Source: Puccinia triticina (taxonomy: Eukaryota). Taken from it: 64,000 nt of DNA. The notes below the pieces were generated by a model. It was not told the origin of the DNA. It was given only the letters and a program-made list of their open reading frames with translations, and ran no database searches. The stretch is taken from contig CP110440.1 of NCBI GenBank assembly GCA_026914245.1, positions 992,001 to 1,056,000 on the forward strand, written 5' to 3'. Each line of letters opens with the position of its first letter. Positions within the stretch are counted from its first letter, which is position 1. Positions 25,101 through 37,558 of this stretch are shown piece by piece. Made by a program: the position numbers and the translations under genes.

Positions 25101-25277
25101 ACGTGGACTGGACCGACTTGGGCGAGGCGAGGGACAAAGATGATTGGATTGATGAGGGTCCGGAGCAAGAGGAACCCAACTAGTTTCAGCAACGTTTCTA
25201 GGGAATTTGGATGAATAGGAATCAAAAGAAAAGGAAAAAAAAGAAAGGTTAACCGCCAAGCGCCTCAAAACCACAGT

Positions 25278-25328
25278 GCAAGGCTGTAAATCTTGAGGTC
25301 GCTGGTTTGATCCCGGCTCGGGGGACCA
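25278..25328 (-). promoter_or_regulatory. Extended tRNA-Tyr primer-binding site of A
   Basis: Same 51-mer as in B with 3 substitutions, adjacent to the 5' LTR. Confidence 0.88.
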
Positions 25329-26102
25329 AATATGGAGCTCTGCTCGGTGCTAGGCCAGCGGCAGCGCTGGGAGGGGAAAAGGTGCTCTGGGAGCTGCCCT
25401 CACGGATGGTCGGGATGAGTCGTAGGGGATTCGAATGATAGCTTTGGGGGAAGTGGTTTTGAGTGTTGTTTTGCCGGGGTTTGGATCCTCAGCGGCGGTT
25501 GGTTTTGTTGGTAGGATTCTGAGGGTGAATGGACTCTGGAAGGGGGACTCTTGGGACTCGGAAAAATGATCTATGAAATTGATAACCCCTGACTTGGATC
25601 AGAACAGGTGCTATGGCCTCCTATCCTCCAAGTTCGCCGGGAACTTGGATTCCTGGAGGCCTGTCACAAGCATGTCATCATCTCCTCACGTGCCGTGCGC
25701 GCGCACACAACACAGACAACAGAGAAAAGAAGAGAGGAAACAACACCAGAAGAGGAAGCAGAAATAAAACAAGGAGATAAATCAAGAACCAAAGGGGACC
25801 AACAATCTAAGAAATGAGGAAGAAGGAAACATAGCAGAGAAGAGGAAAGAGAGAAGAAGGAAAAAAACCACAAATCTCAAATAAACCCACAGTACATTCT
25901 GTGTTAGGACCAAGAAAGAGAAAGATGAAAAAGGAAAAAGGAAGTGGAAGTGAGAATGAGGAGAATGGGGGGGGGAAAAGGGGAAACAGAGAATCTGAGG
26001 GAATCTTGAGGGTTGGACCTTGAAGCTTGAGTCTTGATCTTGAGGATCTTGAGGGCTGATCTTGAAATTTGAAGCTGACTACCGTTTTGGCCACCACATC
26101 GG

Positions 26103-26416
26103 TAGATCCAGCTCGGCAAAGGTCTCCCAGCAAGCTGGGAGGATTCCTCTCGGCATATCCAGCTTGCCAAGGGGACTCCTCCCGGGGAGCTGGATACACA
26201 TATTGTATCCAGCTTGCGGTCGCCGAGGAACCTCCTGATGAGCTGGAGAGGAGTCCCCTCGCCGAGCTGGATACATATGTATCCAGCTCGCCAAGAGGAA
26301 TCTTCCAACTTCAAGGGAGCTGGATGTGTCCAGCTCGCTGTGAGACCTCCTTAGCCGAGCTGGATATTGTGTATCCATCTTGGCGAGCTGGATACATATT
26401 ATGTATCCAGCTCGGC
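26103..26416. repeat. Palindromic repeats GAGCTGGATACA(n)TGTATCCAGCTC inside the hAT element, continuing at 27930-28005
   Basis: About six self-complementary units; the cluster is split by the Copia mini-element. Confidence 0.75.
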
Positions 26417-26444
26417 AAGAGTGTAGAGACTGTAAAATGAAGAT

Positions 26445-26529
26445 GTGTCTGGTGAGAGTCGAACTCACGACCTCAGCTATGCTGAGACACATACTAGAGT
26501 GCTGCCTTTACCAAATAGGCTACAGACGC
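26445..26529 (-). ncRNA. tRNA-like (type II, Leu/Ser-like) sequence in the 3' LTR; second copy at 27718-27802
   Basis: Acceptor GTCTG/CAGAC; D-arm GCC-TA(G/T)TTGGTAAA-GGC; irregular anticodon arm GCAC-TCTAGTAT-GTGT; long variable arm CTCAG/CTGAG; T-arm GTGAG-TTCGACT-CTCAC. Confidence 0.75.
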
Positions 26530-26894
26530 TTGTGGCTGCCAGCTGGGTGGTTGGTTGGTAGTGCTCATGGGTTGATCCAACAGCCCTCCATACTGTGGTG
26601 ATACATCATGGTAGCAGACTAACAGACAACTCAACACACCCCCTTGCCACATGATGGGAAGTGGGGATTGACCCCAAGAGAGAGTGGGAATGAGACCCAG
26701 TGTCAGCCTTAGAGTCAAAACAGTTGACCTAAAACTGCCTTTTATCTCCATTTTATACCTAAATGTGCTCATATCTTTTTAACCTTAAGACATAAGGTTG
26801 TTTTGACTTCAGATTCTGATTTCTCATGCAATTTTGACCCTAGTTTTCACTGATCACTTTACAATATCTCTACTCCTTCAGGTAGTTAGCGGTT

Positions 26895-27546
26895 TGTGAC
26901 ACACATGCGCAGCAGCGCCGTGTAGTCGTGCCTGAGCGCTCCCAACCACATGTACATGTGTGATTATGTCATCCAACTTTGAAAATTTTCGAAGTCAGGA
27001 TCCCCCATGCAGCTGGAGGATCCACAGACTTCAGCACACCAGAACCACACCCCAGATAACCCAGGATCACCACCAAAGAGATTACCACACTCCCAGTATA
27101 CCTACCGTCACAGGCGCCTAGGATATTGACAGTAAGTAAACTATTTCTCTGAACCTTGCTTATCCAGAGTGAAACTCTGTTGCTCTTGATTGTTTCTTCT
27201 TTTCTTCAAACTCTTCCAATCTTGAAAGATCAAAAGGTTATCTCTGGTTAAGACCTACAAAGCCAGAGCAGAGTAGTAACCCTACTTCTGAATCCCACCA
27301 ATGTTTCCTTGTTGTGAGTGGAGGCTGTTGCACTCTTTCTTGGCCTTGCACAGCTGGCATCCAACTTTTCCAGGTTGAGAATAGCCCAGATCAATTAATA
27401 AAGACTTAAAGTCTAGGCCTGATCTTCTCTTTTCTTGCTCTTTCTCTTCCTCTCTCTCAGTTTGTATTTCTTTATCCCAAGAAATCAAAACTATTCCTCC
27501 TCTCTTTTCTTGTGTCCTGCTGTCACATAAGAGACACAGGCTCACA
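26895..27546 (+). mobile_element. Possible solo LTR inside the mini-element
   Basis: TGTGA...TCACA inverted ends and LTR-like composition, but the flanks (CGGTT/CCCAG) do not form a TSD. Confidence 0.35.
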
Positions 27547-28539
27547 CCCAGGAAAGATGATTGGTGTAGGTATTGAACCCGTGATCTAGATGCAGGCTTA
27601 TAGGGGTTTGCGTGGTCTTACAAGTAAGTATTCACAAATTAATCAAGTCTCTATTGTAAGCGATTAGCGCTCAGGTAGCTCTGGGCTCATAACCTGTAGA
27701 GACTGTAAAATGAAGATGTGTCTGGTGAGAGTCAAACTCACGACCTCAGCTATGCTGAGACACATACTAGAGTGCTGCCTTTACCAACTAGGCTACAGAC
27801 CCTTGTGGCTGCCAGCTGGGTGGTTGGTTGGTAGTGCTCATGGGTCGATCCGACAGCCCTCCATACTGTGGTGATACATCATGGTAGCAGACTAACAGAC
27901 AACTCTACAGAGAGATGAGTCATCTTGACGAGCTGGATACATATTATGTATCCAGCTCAGCGAGGGATGTCCACCCGGCGAGCTGGATGCATATCCAGCT
28001 CGCTGGGTGAACTTGCCTCTTTGACCGGAGCCATTCCTCCGGTTGAAGAGGTGTACATGCCTCCAATTGGATGTATCAATTCCTCCTCAACTGGAGGGAT
28101 TCCTCCAGTCAAAGAGGAGAGCCAGTGCTTGCCGGGAAGAGTCCCTCCCAGCGAAAAGTGGCTTGTTTGCCCTCCAGATTGTTGCAAAGGATGGCAACAA
28201 ACTGGATGGAGCAAGCAGGACAGCAGGACACTGCCACACCAAAAAAAAATCACAGGCGGTACCCGTGTTACCTCCCAGGCGGTGCCGGTTGCGGTACTAG
28301 GTACCTGGAATGGGCCCAAAAGTGGTGCGGTACCCGGGTACCGCTTGGTACCCGGGTCCAGAATTACTATCTCTACAGCCTGAAAACTCTCAAACACACC
28401 ATCTTTGTCAAGAGGAAAATCATCCTCTTCATTATCAAGTTTTTCCATTAGCTTCTTTGGTTGTTTGGGTAAGGTGGTTGGCTGTCTGAGGAAGATGGGT
28501 GGTTGGCTGGGTTGCTTGGTGGTTGGCTGTCTGGGTTTA

Positions 28540-30386
28540 CAGCTAGCCCAGAAGAGCTTGCGACTTTGGCCGCAAACTTTGAGAGTTTGTGCCGCAGCGG
28601 CAAGAGTTTTCCGCAGCTGTTGGCAGCCGTGCGCGCGGACCGTGCTTGGGGGATCCCGGGGGAGCCCGCAGGAAAGCTGCCTCAGCCTGCCACCGATCCA
28701 CATCCAGCCTGCCACCACCAGTGCCACCCACCGCCGTTGAATCACCACCACCAATTGTCGTCGAATCACCACCGTTGACCGGTGTCGAATCACGAGTAGG
28801 TTCTTTCTCAATGGTTTGTTTGCTTGTCTTGTTCTGTAACCTCAAGCTGATATGAGTTCTCTTTTTTTCTGGTTTCCTTTTTTGCTCTTTCAGGCACAAT
28901 GTATGTGAAGTCTGCACCACATTCAAATTCGCCGTTGTTTGGGTGGCCCTCGATGGAAAACCCCTCAACAAAATCAATTCTCCCACTTCTGCAAACCAGT
29001 TTTGAACCGTAGAATATAGTTGGAAGGCTGAACTTTGATGTCCTTCAACATCCATGGGGAATGTGGGTATCATACTGGTGAGTATCAATGCACAAGAGTA
29101 ATGGTCGGGGTGTGTAACCATCCAGCATGCACAAATAATGATGTACACGGTCATTCTGGTTGATTGAAGTAGTTTACAAGGTGTAGGCATGTTTTATGTG
29201 TGTATGAATTGAAGAACCCATCCACATCACAACAGCATTTACGGACTATAATTTCAAATTATGTATCAGTTCTTGACTCCAGCCGCTAGTTAAACAGTGA
29301 ATGACATGTGATCGACTTAGAGCCTTGGCCAACAGCTATCAAAGGATTTGTGAGCAGAGAAGACTCAATCACAAGGATAAATGATTCTCATTTTGAGTCA
29401 ACAGATATCACGGCTAGAAAAGATGAGAAATACAAGTGAGAACCCATAAAACTAATTTGTCTTGAGTTTGTTACGGATCACACGGACACCTTTTCCGGCC
29501 TCAATAACAAAGATCTCCAAGCAGTCGCTGACTTCAATGCGTCTCTCAGCCGCGCCAGTGAACGCATCCATGACCAAGGCTTCGACCTTCTCCAACAGCA
29601 ATTGTGATTGAGGGGAAGGTAAGATTTGCCTTGGGCGTAGACCGGCTCGGGTGGAGGAGCTGGGCTGGACAGATCACAAGTCATGTTCTTGCCTTTAACC
29701 TGAGCCGGGTTTTCAAAAAGAATTTGCAGAGTACAAGGTAAGCCGTCAATTTCTCAAGAGATATCACATGATTGCATATATATAGGAGTCTACAGCCTCC
29801 CCCTTGCGAAACCCTTCTCACCTGGTTGTCCAAGACCGGCTGGACTAGACTTTGTGCCGCCCTGGCGGCCCTGCAGCTTTCTTGCTCATAACTTCCCACC
29901 GGATCGAATGAATAAACCGCACCGGTCCCAGAGCCATTCACCGTAATCGGACGGAGAAAGTGAGCATTCACGGCTATCCATGCTGAAACTAGATAATCAC
30001 CGGAACGGAAGTAATCAATGCCAGCATAAGAGTTAGGCTTGCATTCTCCCTATGACGCTGATGATGACCAACTCACCTGTTTCGAATCGTTCCAATTGCC
30101 GGATGAGATTGGTTCAATGATCCAAGCTGCCGGAGTGGATTTGGGGGTGGAGGGGAGATGTATGGATTTGATGGCGGTGGTGATTCGATGACGGTCGGCG
30201 GTGGTGATTCGACGGCGGTGGGTGGCACTGGTGAACTGGTGGCAGGCAGCCTTCCTGCGGGCTCCCCCGGGATTCCCCGAGCACGGTCCGCGCGCACGGC
30301 TGCCAACAGCTGCGGAAAACTCTTGCCGCTGCGGCACAAACTCTCAGAGTTTGCGGCCAAAGTCGCAAGCTCTTCTGGGCTAGCTG
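28540..30386. mobile_element. Non-autonomous long-TIR element with TA target site (Tc1/mariner-like), carrying host gene cargo
   Basis: TIRs begin CAGCTAGCCCAGAAGAGCTTGCGACTTTGGCCGCAAAC, near-perfect for ~145 bp and similar to ~230 bp; TA on both sides. Confidence 0.85.
29452..29935 (-). pseudogene. PRE7: Captured 3' fragment of 20S proteasome subunit beta-6 (Pre7/PSMB1)
   Basis: [36 protein letters not shown], then a GT intron, then KVEALVMDAFTGAAERRIEVSDCLEIFVIEAGKGVRVIRNKLKTN*. The acceptor appears mutated to CAA and the N-terminal half is missing. Confidence 0.88.
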
Positions 30387-32839
30387 TATATTGAATTTAC
30401 TGACAAACACTCCCAAGATGGATGAATTTGCGATGTTGTATATTGATCAATATAGCGTATATTGATCCCACTTTCTTAAATACACAGAATCCTAGGATCC
30501 TGGATCTAAGTTTTGGGGTGTTTTATTTACATAATTACAAAAAAAGAGTGCACACAACAATTAAACACCAGGACAAGTTGAAATCCCCAAAGACCCAAAG
30601 GCCCTATGGATGACCCTCCAGCTGTGCCGGAGCAACAAGCAAAAGTGGGCCGGTGGTTAAAGGTGTCCAGGGAGGGCCTAACCAAGCAGTTAGGGGGCTC
30701 CCAGGGAGGGGGTAGGACAGAGCCGGATCCCCTGGGGTTCCAACTGATGGAGCAGCCCCCCTTAAATAAGCTGCCCGGAGACCCACCCACCTCACAGCTC
30801 GTCCTCGACGCCTTGCCGTTACTGCTTGTCAATCACCCGCCACGGTCCACGTTACGGGTTGTTCCCACTGCCATGCTTGTCAACGCTTGCCACTGCAACC
30901 ACCACCACATTTCCCACTGCAACAGACCCTGTTTCCCTCCAATTACCAGGTTTGATTTCCACTGGGTGGTTGCCATGGACATTTAGAATGACACCACTAA
31001 TTTTTTTGTTGGCCTGAGTCGCATCCGAATGTACAGCAGGTCCCTGCCCGGCCCTGCAAACCACTCAGCATCATACCACACCCAACCAACATGCAACCAA
31101 CCCTTTCCTACAGGCATGTATTACTAAACACGACCGTACCAATACCAGCCATTCCCTCTGCTCTCGCTACAACTGTCCACTCAGGAATAACGACTCCACA
31201 CCACAAAGACCGGACGAGGATCAAATATACCATGCAGGTAATACAGGCCGTCAGCTTGCAGAAGGCCAACCTGCATCTGGTCAGGCTGAATAACAAAATT
31301 GTTACCAAACCGGATATCCCTGTAAGCATTTTGATTAAAAAAAAAAAACATACACAGCACAAAATTTTCCCTTGAGATGATTGACATCTCATTACGCACA
31401 AACAGCCTGATTTCTGAACAACACGCCAGCCACCATCGCCATCCTCAGCAGGCATCCAGACTGATCATTGTCATGTCCAAACCGCTTTGGTCAGCTTGTC
31501 ACCCACCTTCGTTCAACCTCCTATCCCAGACGTATATCCTCTGAATGACACTAAACCTGTCCAGGTTATCCTGGTGGTCTACGATCTTGTGAGTCGGCAC
31601 GACGTAAATTCTTGGCCAGCTATCAAAAAAAAAGCTAACTTTTTTTTGTGGTTTGTAAATGCGCGTAGCTTCCATTCGGAAAGTTATCAGACTTGGGTTG
31701 GCTCTTTGGCATTGGCTTGTATCACACAGCCGTCAAGATACCCGCTCTGGGCAGGGAGATAGCCTTTGGAGGGCACGCACATCTGCAGACCTCCGGAAAA
31801 TTCTTGTTGCCGATCCGAGACAATGGAAAGCCGAGCATGCCAGGCCTACAATGGATATGCGAGATTGATATGGGATACGTCAAGCCTGGTCTCCAGCCGG
31901 CAGCCTGCAACAGCTGCCAGCTTTGATCCCAAGCCTCATTTGCATCTTCCATCAACTTCCCTCACAAAGATGAAGAGTCTAGAATACTCATTCGGCCCCA
32001 ACATCGATGCCCGAGATCCCAACGAGTCCACCCTACGCTATAGACCAAAACTATCGCTCATATGCCTCTTCATCAACCAGCTCGGATTCCCACAAGTCGT
32101 CCTCTCCCGCCCCGCTTCCTCCTTCCACTCCTCTTACTCGCCGCCCACTCAGCTCAAGACTCTTGCGTTTATCATGGACCAGTTGGATTGCTCTCCCGAT
32201 TGGCATGGCACCTCTTAAGATCTTCTTAAGAGAAATTGTAACACTTTTAGCAATGAACTCTGCATGCTGTTGACTGGTAAAGGCGCGCCCAAATGGATCA
32301 ATCGTGCCGCTAGCGTCGGATCTTCTTTGCCCTGCTTGGTCCCCGCAGAGTACGTCATCCTATGCTCCAAGTCTTCATGATTCCATTGGCCTTCTTGTTG
32401 GTGCTGACGTTCTTTCATCGCAATATTTTCCAAAAAAAAAAAGGCATTTTTCCCAAAGATGGATTGAACCACCAACCACACCTATGCCAACCAATGAAGT
32501 AGTAAGCTATGAAGACAAAGAAGAGGAAACTGTTCAGCGGCGTACAATCAGTGGCTGTTCCTGATCACTGTCCTATGTATCCCTGGGCTGGAACCCAAAC
32601 AGCTACTCGTGCAGGATGTCAACTCGTAGCGGCTCCGACTTGTCTGTAAGGCAAAGTTTGAGGAGGGGACCGGGCTCCGCCTCCAGATCCTTGACTCCTA
32701 CAAGTTCTTCGACCTCTACCCCATGACCAACCAGACCTTTGCCGCCTCTGGCTCTATCCCCGCTCATCCTACGTCTCCTGCTGCTGGCCACTAGAAAGTG
32801 TGAGCTACTATGTATAGCTGCTTAACCCATCGTGCTCAG

Positions 32840-33470
32840 AGGAAGTTTTTTGTGTGTGTTTGTGTACAGGAACTTTTTGTGCCATCAATGTTGTATGCGG
32901 TCCAGTACCTGCGCAACCCGCTGCCAATACATTGTGCCATGGGCTTTGAGATCATGTAAAATCTACACCCTCAAGACTGCCAGTGTCCTCGACTTCAACC
33001 AGATCGAGAAGCAGGACACAAGGCTGGCCGCGCTCTAGCGTTGCTCCGGCGAGTCGCGGCCCTTGGGCATGTTCCGGCCGGGCAACAACAAGTTTCTTCT
33101 CTGCTACAATGGCCAGTCCCTCTCTTATCCCCCACCTTGGTCAAAAAGTTTACAATACCAAAGAGTGTGAGCGAGTGTATAGAGTTGATTTTTTTTGCGG
33201 AGAAGCATGGGTACCCTCTGGTCGACCGATCCGAGGCAATGATGGAGTGGGACGGCCGGCCAACAACAATAACATACAGCTCTCCCTACGTGTTCTGTTT
33301 CTCACCAATGCTGGTGGAGGTATGGAACTTGCTGAGCCTGCAACGGGGGCAGGCGATTGTCTGCACTTACAACAGCGGCGCGCTCGGCGATGACAGCTCC
33401 CAAGGCACAAAAATATCACTACTAATAACACGATCCCTGGGTCAACCATGGCGCCGAGTAAGATGTTGAC
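32840..33470 (+). pseudogene. Captured CNH-domain fragment of a Rom1/Rom2/Tus1-type Rho GEF, frameshifted
   Basis: Peptides ELFVPSMLYAVQYLRNPLPIHCAMGFEIM, ESRPLGMFRPGNNKFLLCYN and MMEWDGRPTTITYSSPYVFCFSPMLVEVWNL follow the order of the fungal CNH consensus. Sequence at 31400-32800 may be further decayed exons. Confidence 0.7.
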
Positions 33471-34904
33471 AATGACGACGGCGAACACAGAATATATGTC
33501 ATGATGAAGGATAGCGACCTCTTCTATTGCATCTTCAAGATTGTCCTACTCACCCTGCACTAACCTCCCCACACTTCCTCTCCCCTTCTTTTCTGTTTAC
33601 TTCTTTCTCTCCTGGGGGCATCTCACTCTCACACTGTCATTGTTTTTTTGTTTCCTTTATTGTTTTGGGGGACCAAATATCTTCCACAATAAAATGTGGC
33701 CATCATAATATTTTGTGCAATACACTTTGGCTATCAGAATATTTGGCCAGGCATATGGTGGGATTGGAGATATTTTCACAAATATTTTGGATTTTTCATC
33801 AAGAATGTCTTTCAAAAAATCCAATATTTGGGTGGAAATATCCTGCAAAATATTTCCTGAATTTATGCAAATTATTTCAGAAACCAATTGGAACAATTTT
33901 TCAGCTATTCTCAATATATCTGAAACACAGATCCTGTGACCTGCTCCTGGCAATGTATGTTCTGAATGATATAAAAAATATGTTGAACCCGCATTCAGAC
34001 CAGCTGCAGAATAGTTGACCATTGATTTTTATTCCATATGTTTTAAAAAGTGTTGTCTGATTTTTCTTGGTTTTTACCATCATACCATGACCAGATCATC
34101 ACCAAGGTGGTGACAAGCCTAACAGTGCTGCATAAACTGGCACAATTGATGCATGCTCTGCAAGTCTCAGCCTGGCATGCAGTCTTGCTGGCCTACCATT
34201 CCCCGGTGCATGCTTTAGCAAACATTTTGCAGAGCCAACTTTGGCTGATATTTTGGGTTTAAAAGGTGTACACCAGGGGAGACTTTGACACACTCTCCAG
34301 AGAGTGCCAGAGTCTAATTTTATGTTTTTCTGTGTCTGATGTGAGTCAGATGTGGATTAGTAAATGATTGATAAATTATTCAGAAGTCAATGGGAAGTGT
34401 GTCAGAAGTGATGCAGAATTATCACAGGACCTTGTGCAATGTTGTATAGAACCATATAATTTTCTAAGCATAACTTAATTACAATCTGTCATGAGATCAT
34501 AGTTAATCAATGCCCAAATCCTACTCATTTATGGTGAATTTCTGTTGATCAATTTCTCTATGTCAAAGGGGTTCCAACCAACATAAATGTGACCTGCGGG
34601 GGCTTTCATGGCTTTCTGACCAGTTTTTACTTGTAATGGAGCTGTGAAAGGCGCCTCCAGTGATCTGTCACCCTAATGTACGCGCGTACACAAAGGTGAC
34701 ATTGGCAAAGTGAAAAAAACTCACATGCATGTGCATGGAGACATTGGAAAACAAACAAACACAAAAACAACTCACAAGCTTATACTCCAAGCTTGACTTG
34801 ATTCATATTTTCACCCTACTTTCATCCTTTTTTGGCTCAATTCTAGATGATACCGGCCTTCTTTAGGGGAAATATGCCAATTCAGATGGGCCTTTCACAT
34901 CATT

Positions 34905-36122
34905 CACCAGGAAAAAAAAATAGTCACTTGATGGCAAGTGACATGATGCAGCTTTGGTTTCTGCTCCAGAGCTACTCCAGCGCTGCTCCAAGTCTGCTCC
35001 ACCAGCACTTTTAGAGCTTGCAGGACTGCAACAGAGCACTCAATGTGGCACAGTCAGCTGATCCTAATTTTTTTCCCAGGAACAGCTGATGCTCATCATA
35101 AGCTGAGCAGTAGGCATTGACTGAGCCTGGGCCAAAGCTGAGCATTGGCTGAGCCTGGGCCACAGCTGAGCATTGGATATTCCAAGCCTGATACAAACTC
35201 AAGTGTCAGCTGGACCAAGAATATTCCAAATCTGAGCATCAGCTTAGCCAACAATGGTCCAAAGCTGAGCATCATCTTGGAAAAGGCTTGTGCAGAGCTT
35301 AGGATCAGCTGGGAAAATACTGTTCCAAAGATTAACACCAGCTGGGCCAAAACTTTTCAAAAGCTGAGCATCAGCTGAGCCAATGCTGGTACAAAGCTGA
35401 GCATTGGCTGAGCCAAGGCTGTTCTAAAGCTGAGTATCAGATGTTTTAAGACTATTCAAAAGATTAATATCACCTGAGCCAAGGCTGTTCCACAGCTGAG
35501 CATCAGCTGAGCATCAGCTGAGCCAAGGCTGGTCCACAGCTGAGCATCAGCTGAGCCAAGGCTGGTCCACAGCTGAGCATCAGCTGAGACAAGGCTGGTC
35601 CACAGCTGAGCATTGTCTTAGCCAAGTTTGGTCCACAGCTGAGCATCAGCTGAGCCAAGGCTGGTCCACAGATGAGCATAAGCTGTTACAGGAGTGGTCA
35701 GATTCATAATCTGAGCATTGGCTGGGCCGAGATTTATCCAAAGCTGAAAATCAGCTGAGCCAATACTGGTCCAAAGCTGAGCATTGGCTGGGCCAATGAT
35801 AGTCCTAGTATGAGTCTAAGATGAGCCATGAGTGGAAAAAAGCTGAAACGCAGCTGGGCCAGGACTGGTTCTGATCTGGGCAACAAAGCTGAGCATGAGC
35901 TGGGCAACAAAGCTGAGCATAAGCTTGGAGCTAAAGCTGAGTATCAGCTGACCAGAAATGGGGATCAGTGGTGCCCATTGAAAACTGAGGATCTCCTGTG
36001 GAAATTCTGAAAGTGGTTAGATGGTGGGTAGATGATGGGTAGATGGTGGGTAGATGATGGGTAGCCCGCTGGAGCTGGCATGATGTCACTTGTCATCAAG
36101 TGACTTTTTTTTTTTCCTGGTG
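34905..36122. mobile_element. Second CACTA-like element nested in the first
   Basis: TIRs CACCAGG(A)n..GTCACTTGATGRCAAGTGACAT; 3-bp TSD ATT. Confidence 0.85.
35085..35950 (+). repeat. ~33-bp minisatellite GCTGAGCATCAGCTGAGCCAAGGCTGGTCCACA
   Basis: About 25 degenerate units built from 11-bp sub-repeats. Confidence 0.85.
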
Positions 36123-37558
36123 ATTCTAACAGGGATTTACATGTTTTTGATCTGCAGGAGGCTCAACCTGTGATTTGTAACAAACTTAAACATGCGCACA
36201 TGACAGTTACATTAGCAAAGTGAGAGAAATCACCACCTTCATGCGCATATAAATAATATGAATTTAAACCCAATAATTCATCTTAATTACCAAACACTTC
36301 AAGTTGAATTATGCTTTGGTTGTGGCCATTGCGTCTTGGTGGTTTCAACCGCATTCCAGTTGTGTTCCAGTTGACTTGTGCATGACTTCTGGATGGTTTG
36401 TGCATGAATCCAGGATCAGTTTCAGATCATTTGTGGATTAGTTCCAGAATTTTTCATTATTTCTTACACTACTTTCATCAAAGGCATCCAGCACAGTTAC
36501 AGAAAAAGGGTACAGTATGGCACTCTCTGGAGAGTGCGTCAAAATTTCCCCTGGTGGTAGTGGGGGATTTAAAGTGAGTGGGTAGAAGGGCCAAGCATGA
36601 AAAACAGGGGGGGGGGGGGCTTAATCTGGGGCTTGATCTTTAACCTGCAGGGAATGAGATGTACTTTGGGTGTAGGGAGGGTGGCCAACCGACATTGGGG
36701 TGGAGGAGGTTGGGTTACTTGAGGACCAATGGGAAACCTAGGCCTTACCAAATCATGAGTGTGATGGGACAGGCTCCGATTGGCCCAAGGTTGACGTGGT
36801 GAGGGCTGCATGATCATGGGGTGGAAAACATGGGTTGGAAAGGGTGTGGAGGGGGCTCAACAACAGGAGATGGGCATATGAGGGGGGGGGGGGTCTTACA
36901 CCCTGCAGCGGCGTAGCCGCTTTGGCCTCTAGTCAATTTATATTGATCATTTTTTTTTTATTTCTCTTGATACCTTTTTCTGTATTGCATGTCTCCTGAA
37001 AAGTCTTCTATAATCTCTCTCCTTCCCCCTGTGTTAGCTTCAAGCCACAGGAATTTTTTTTTTTTTGCCTGATAACATTCATAAATTTCTAGATACACCA
37101 TTTGATTCTTCATGAAAAAAAGACATTGCAAGTTTTAGGATTAATCCAGGGTGGCTGAGGGGCCCAAAGTTTTTTTCTTTTTCTTTTTTACTTCAACAAT
37201 TGATGTTATCAGAAGTCTCCAAATCTACTTTTTTTCAAAAAAGGAAAAACTTTGACCCCTGACCTCTCTCATGATACCATCCTGCAAACATTGTTAATTT
37301 GGTTGGTTGAACTTCCTGAAGATATTGCACATCATACTTGAGGTGCTACATGCATAGAAGGCCTTTTTGAAATTAGTTTACCATGGTTTAGCATATTTTT
37401 GTTGGGTTCTTTGTTTTATCTACTTTTGTTATCACCCACACATTAATGAGGAATATTTTGACATAAAATTTCATCCAAAAATTGTTCTGCATATAAAACC
37501 CAGAAATATTATGTTTTGGGACACATGCATTATGCAGCAGCTACAATCTGATCCGTTG

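Larger units (their letters stand above)
9265..26098 (-). mobile_element. Ty3/Gypsy-like LTR retrotransposon A (decayed, interrupted by B)
   Basis: LTRs 25331-26098 (5') and 9265-10030 (3') with a few substitutions; ends TG...TA; TSD TCGG (9261-9264, 26099-26102); PPT GGTGGGGTGA; tRNA-Tyr PBS 25278-25328; order gag-PR-RT-RH-IN. Confidence 0.95.
26422..27909 (-). mobile_element. Non-autonomous Copia-type mini LTR element (TRIM-like) with tRNA-derived LTRs
   Basis: 215-bp LTRs 27695-27909 and 26422-26636, TG...CA; TSD AAGAG/GAGAG (1 mismatch); PBS GGTTATGAGCCC directly after the 5' LTR; PPT AAGGGGGTG; no recognisable coding sequence. Confidence 0.88.
7988..28375. mobile_element. Non-autonomous hAT element (~2 kb without nested insertions) hosting LTR elements A, B and the Copia mini-element
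   Basis: TIRs TAGAGATAGTCATTC / GAATTACTATCTCTA; perfect 8-bp TSD CAGCCTGA (7980-7987, 28376-28383); subterminal GGTACC clusters at both ends. Confidence 0.9.
34271..36556. mobile_element. Non-autonomous CACTA/EnSpm-like element nested in H2
   Basis: ~39-bp TIRs CACCAGGGGAGACTTTGACACACTCTCCAGAGAGTGCCA; 3-bp TSD GTA. Confidence 0.85.
30466..36932 (+). mobile_element. Non-autonomous Helitron H2
   Basis: A|TCCCACTTTCTTAAA start as in H1; 3' GCGGC-GTA-GCCGC hairpin and CTAG|T at 36932/36933. Confidence 0.85.

Noticed and set aside
27957..28811. 284-aa ORF
   Set aside because: It crosses the junctions of three unrelated segments, so it is a chance chimera.
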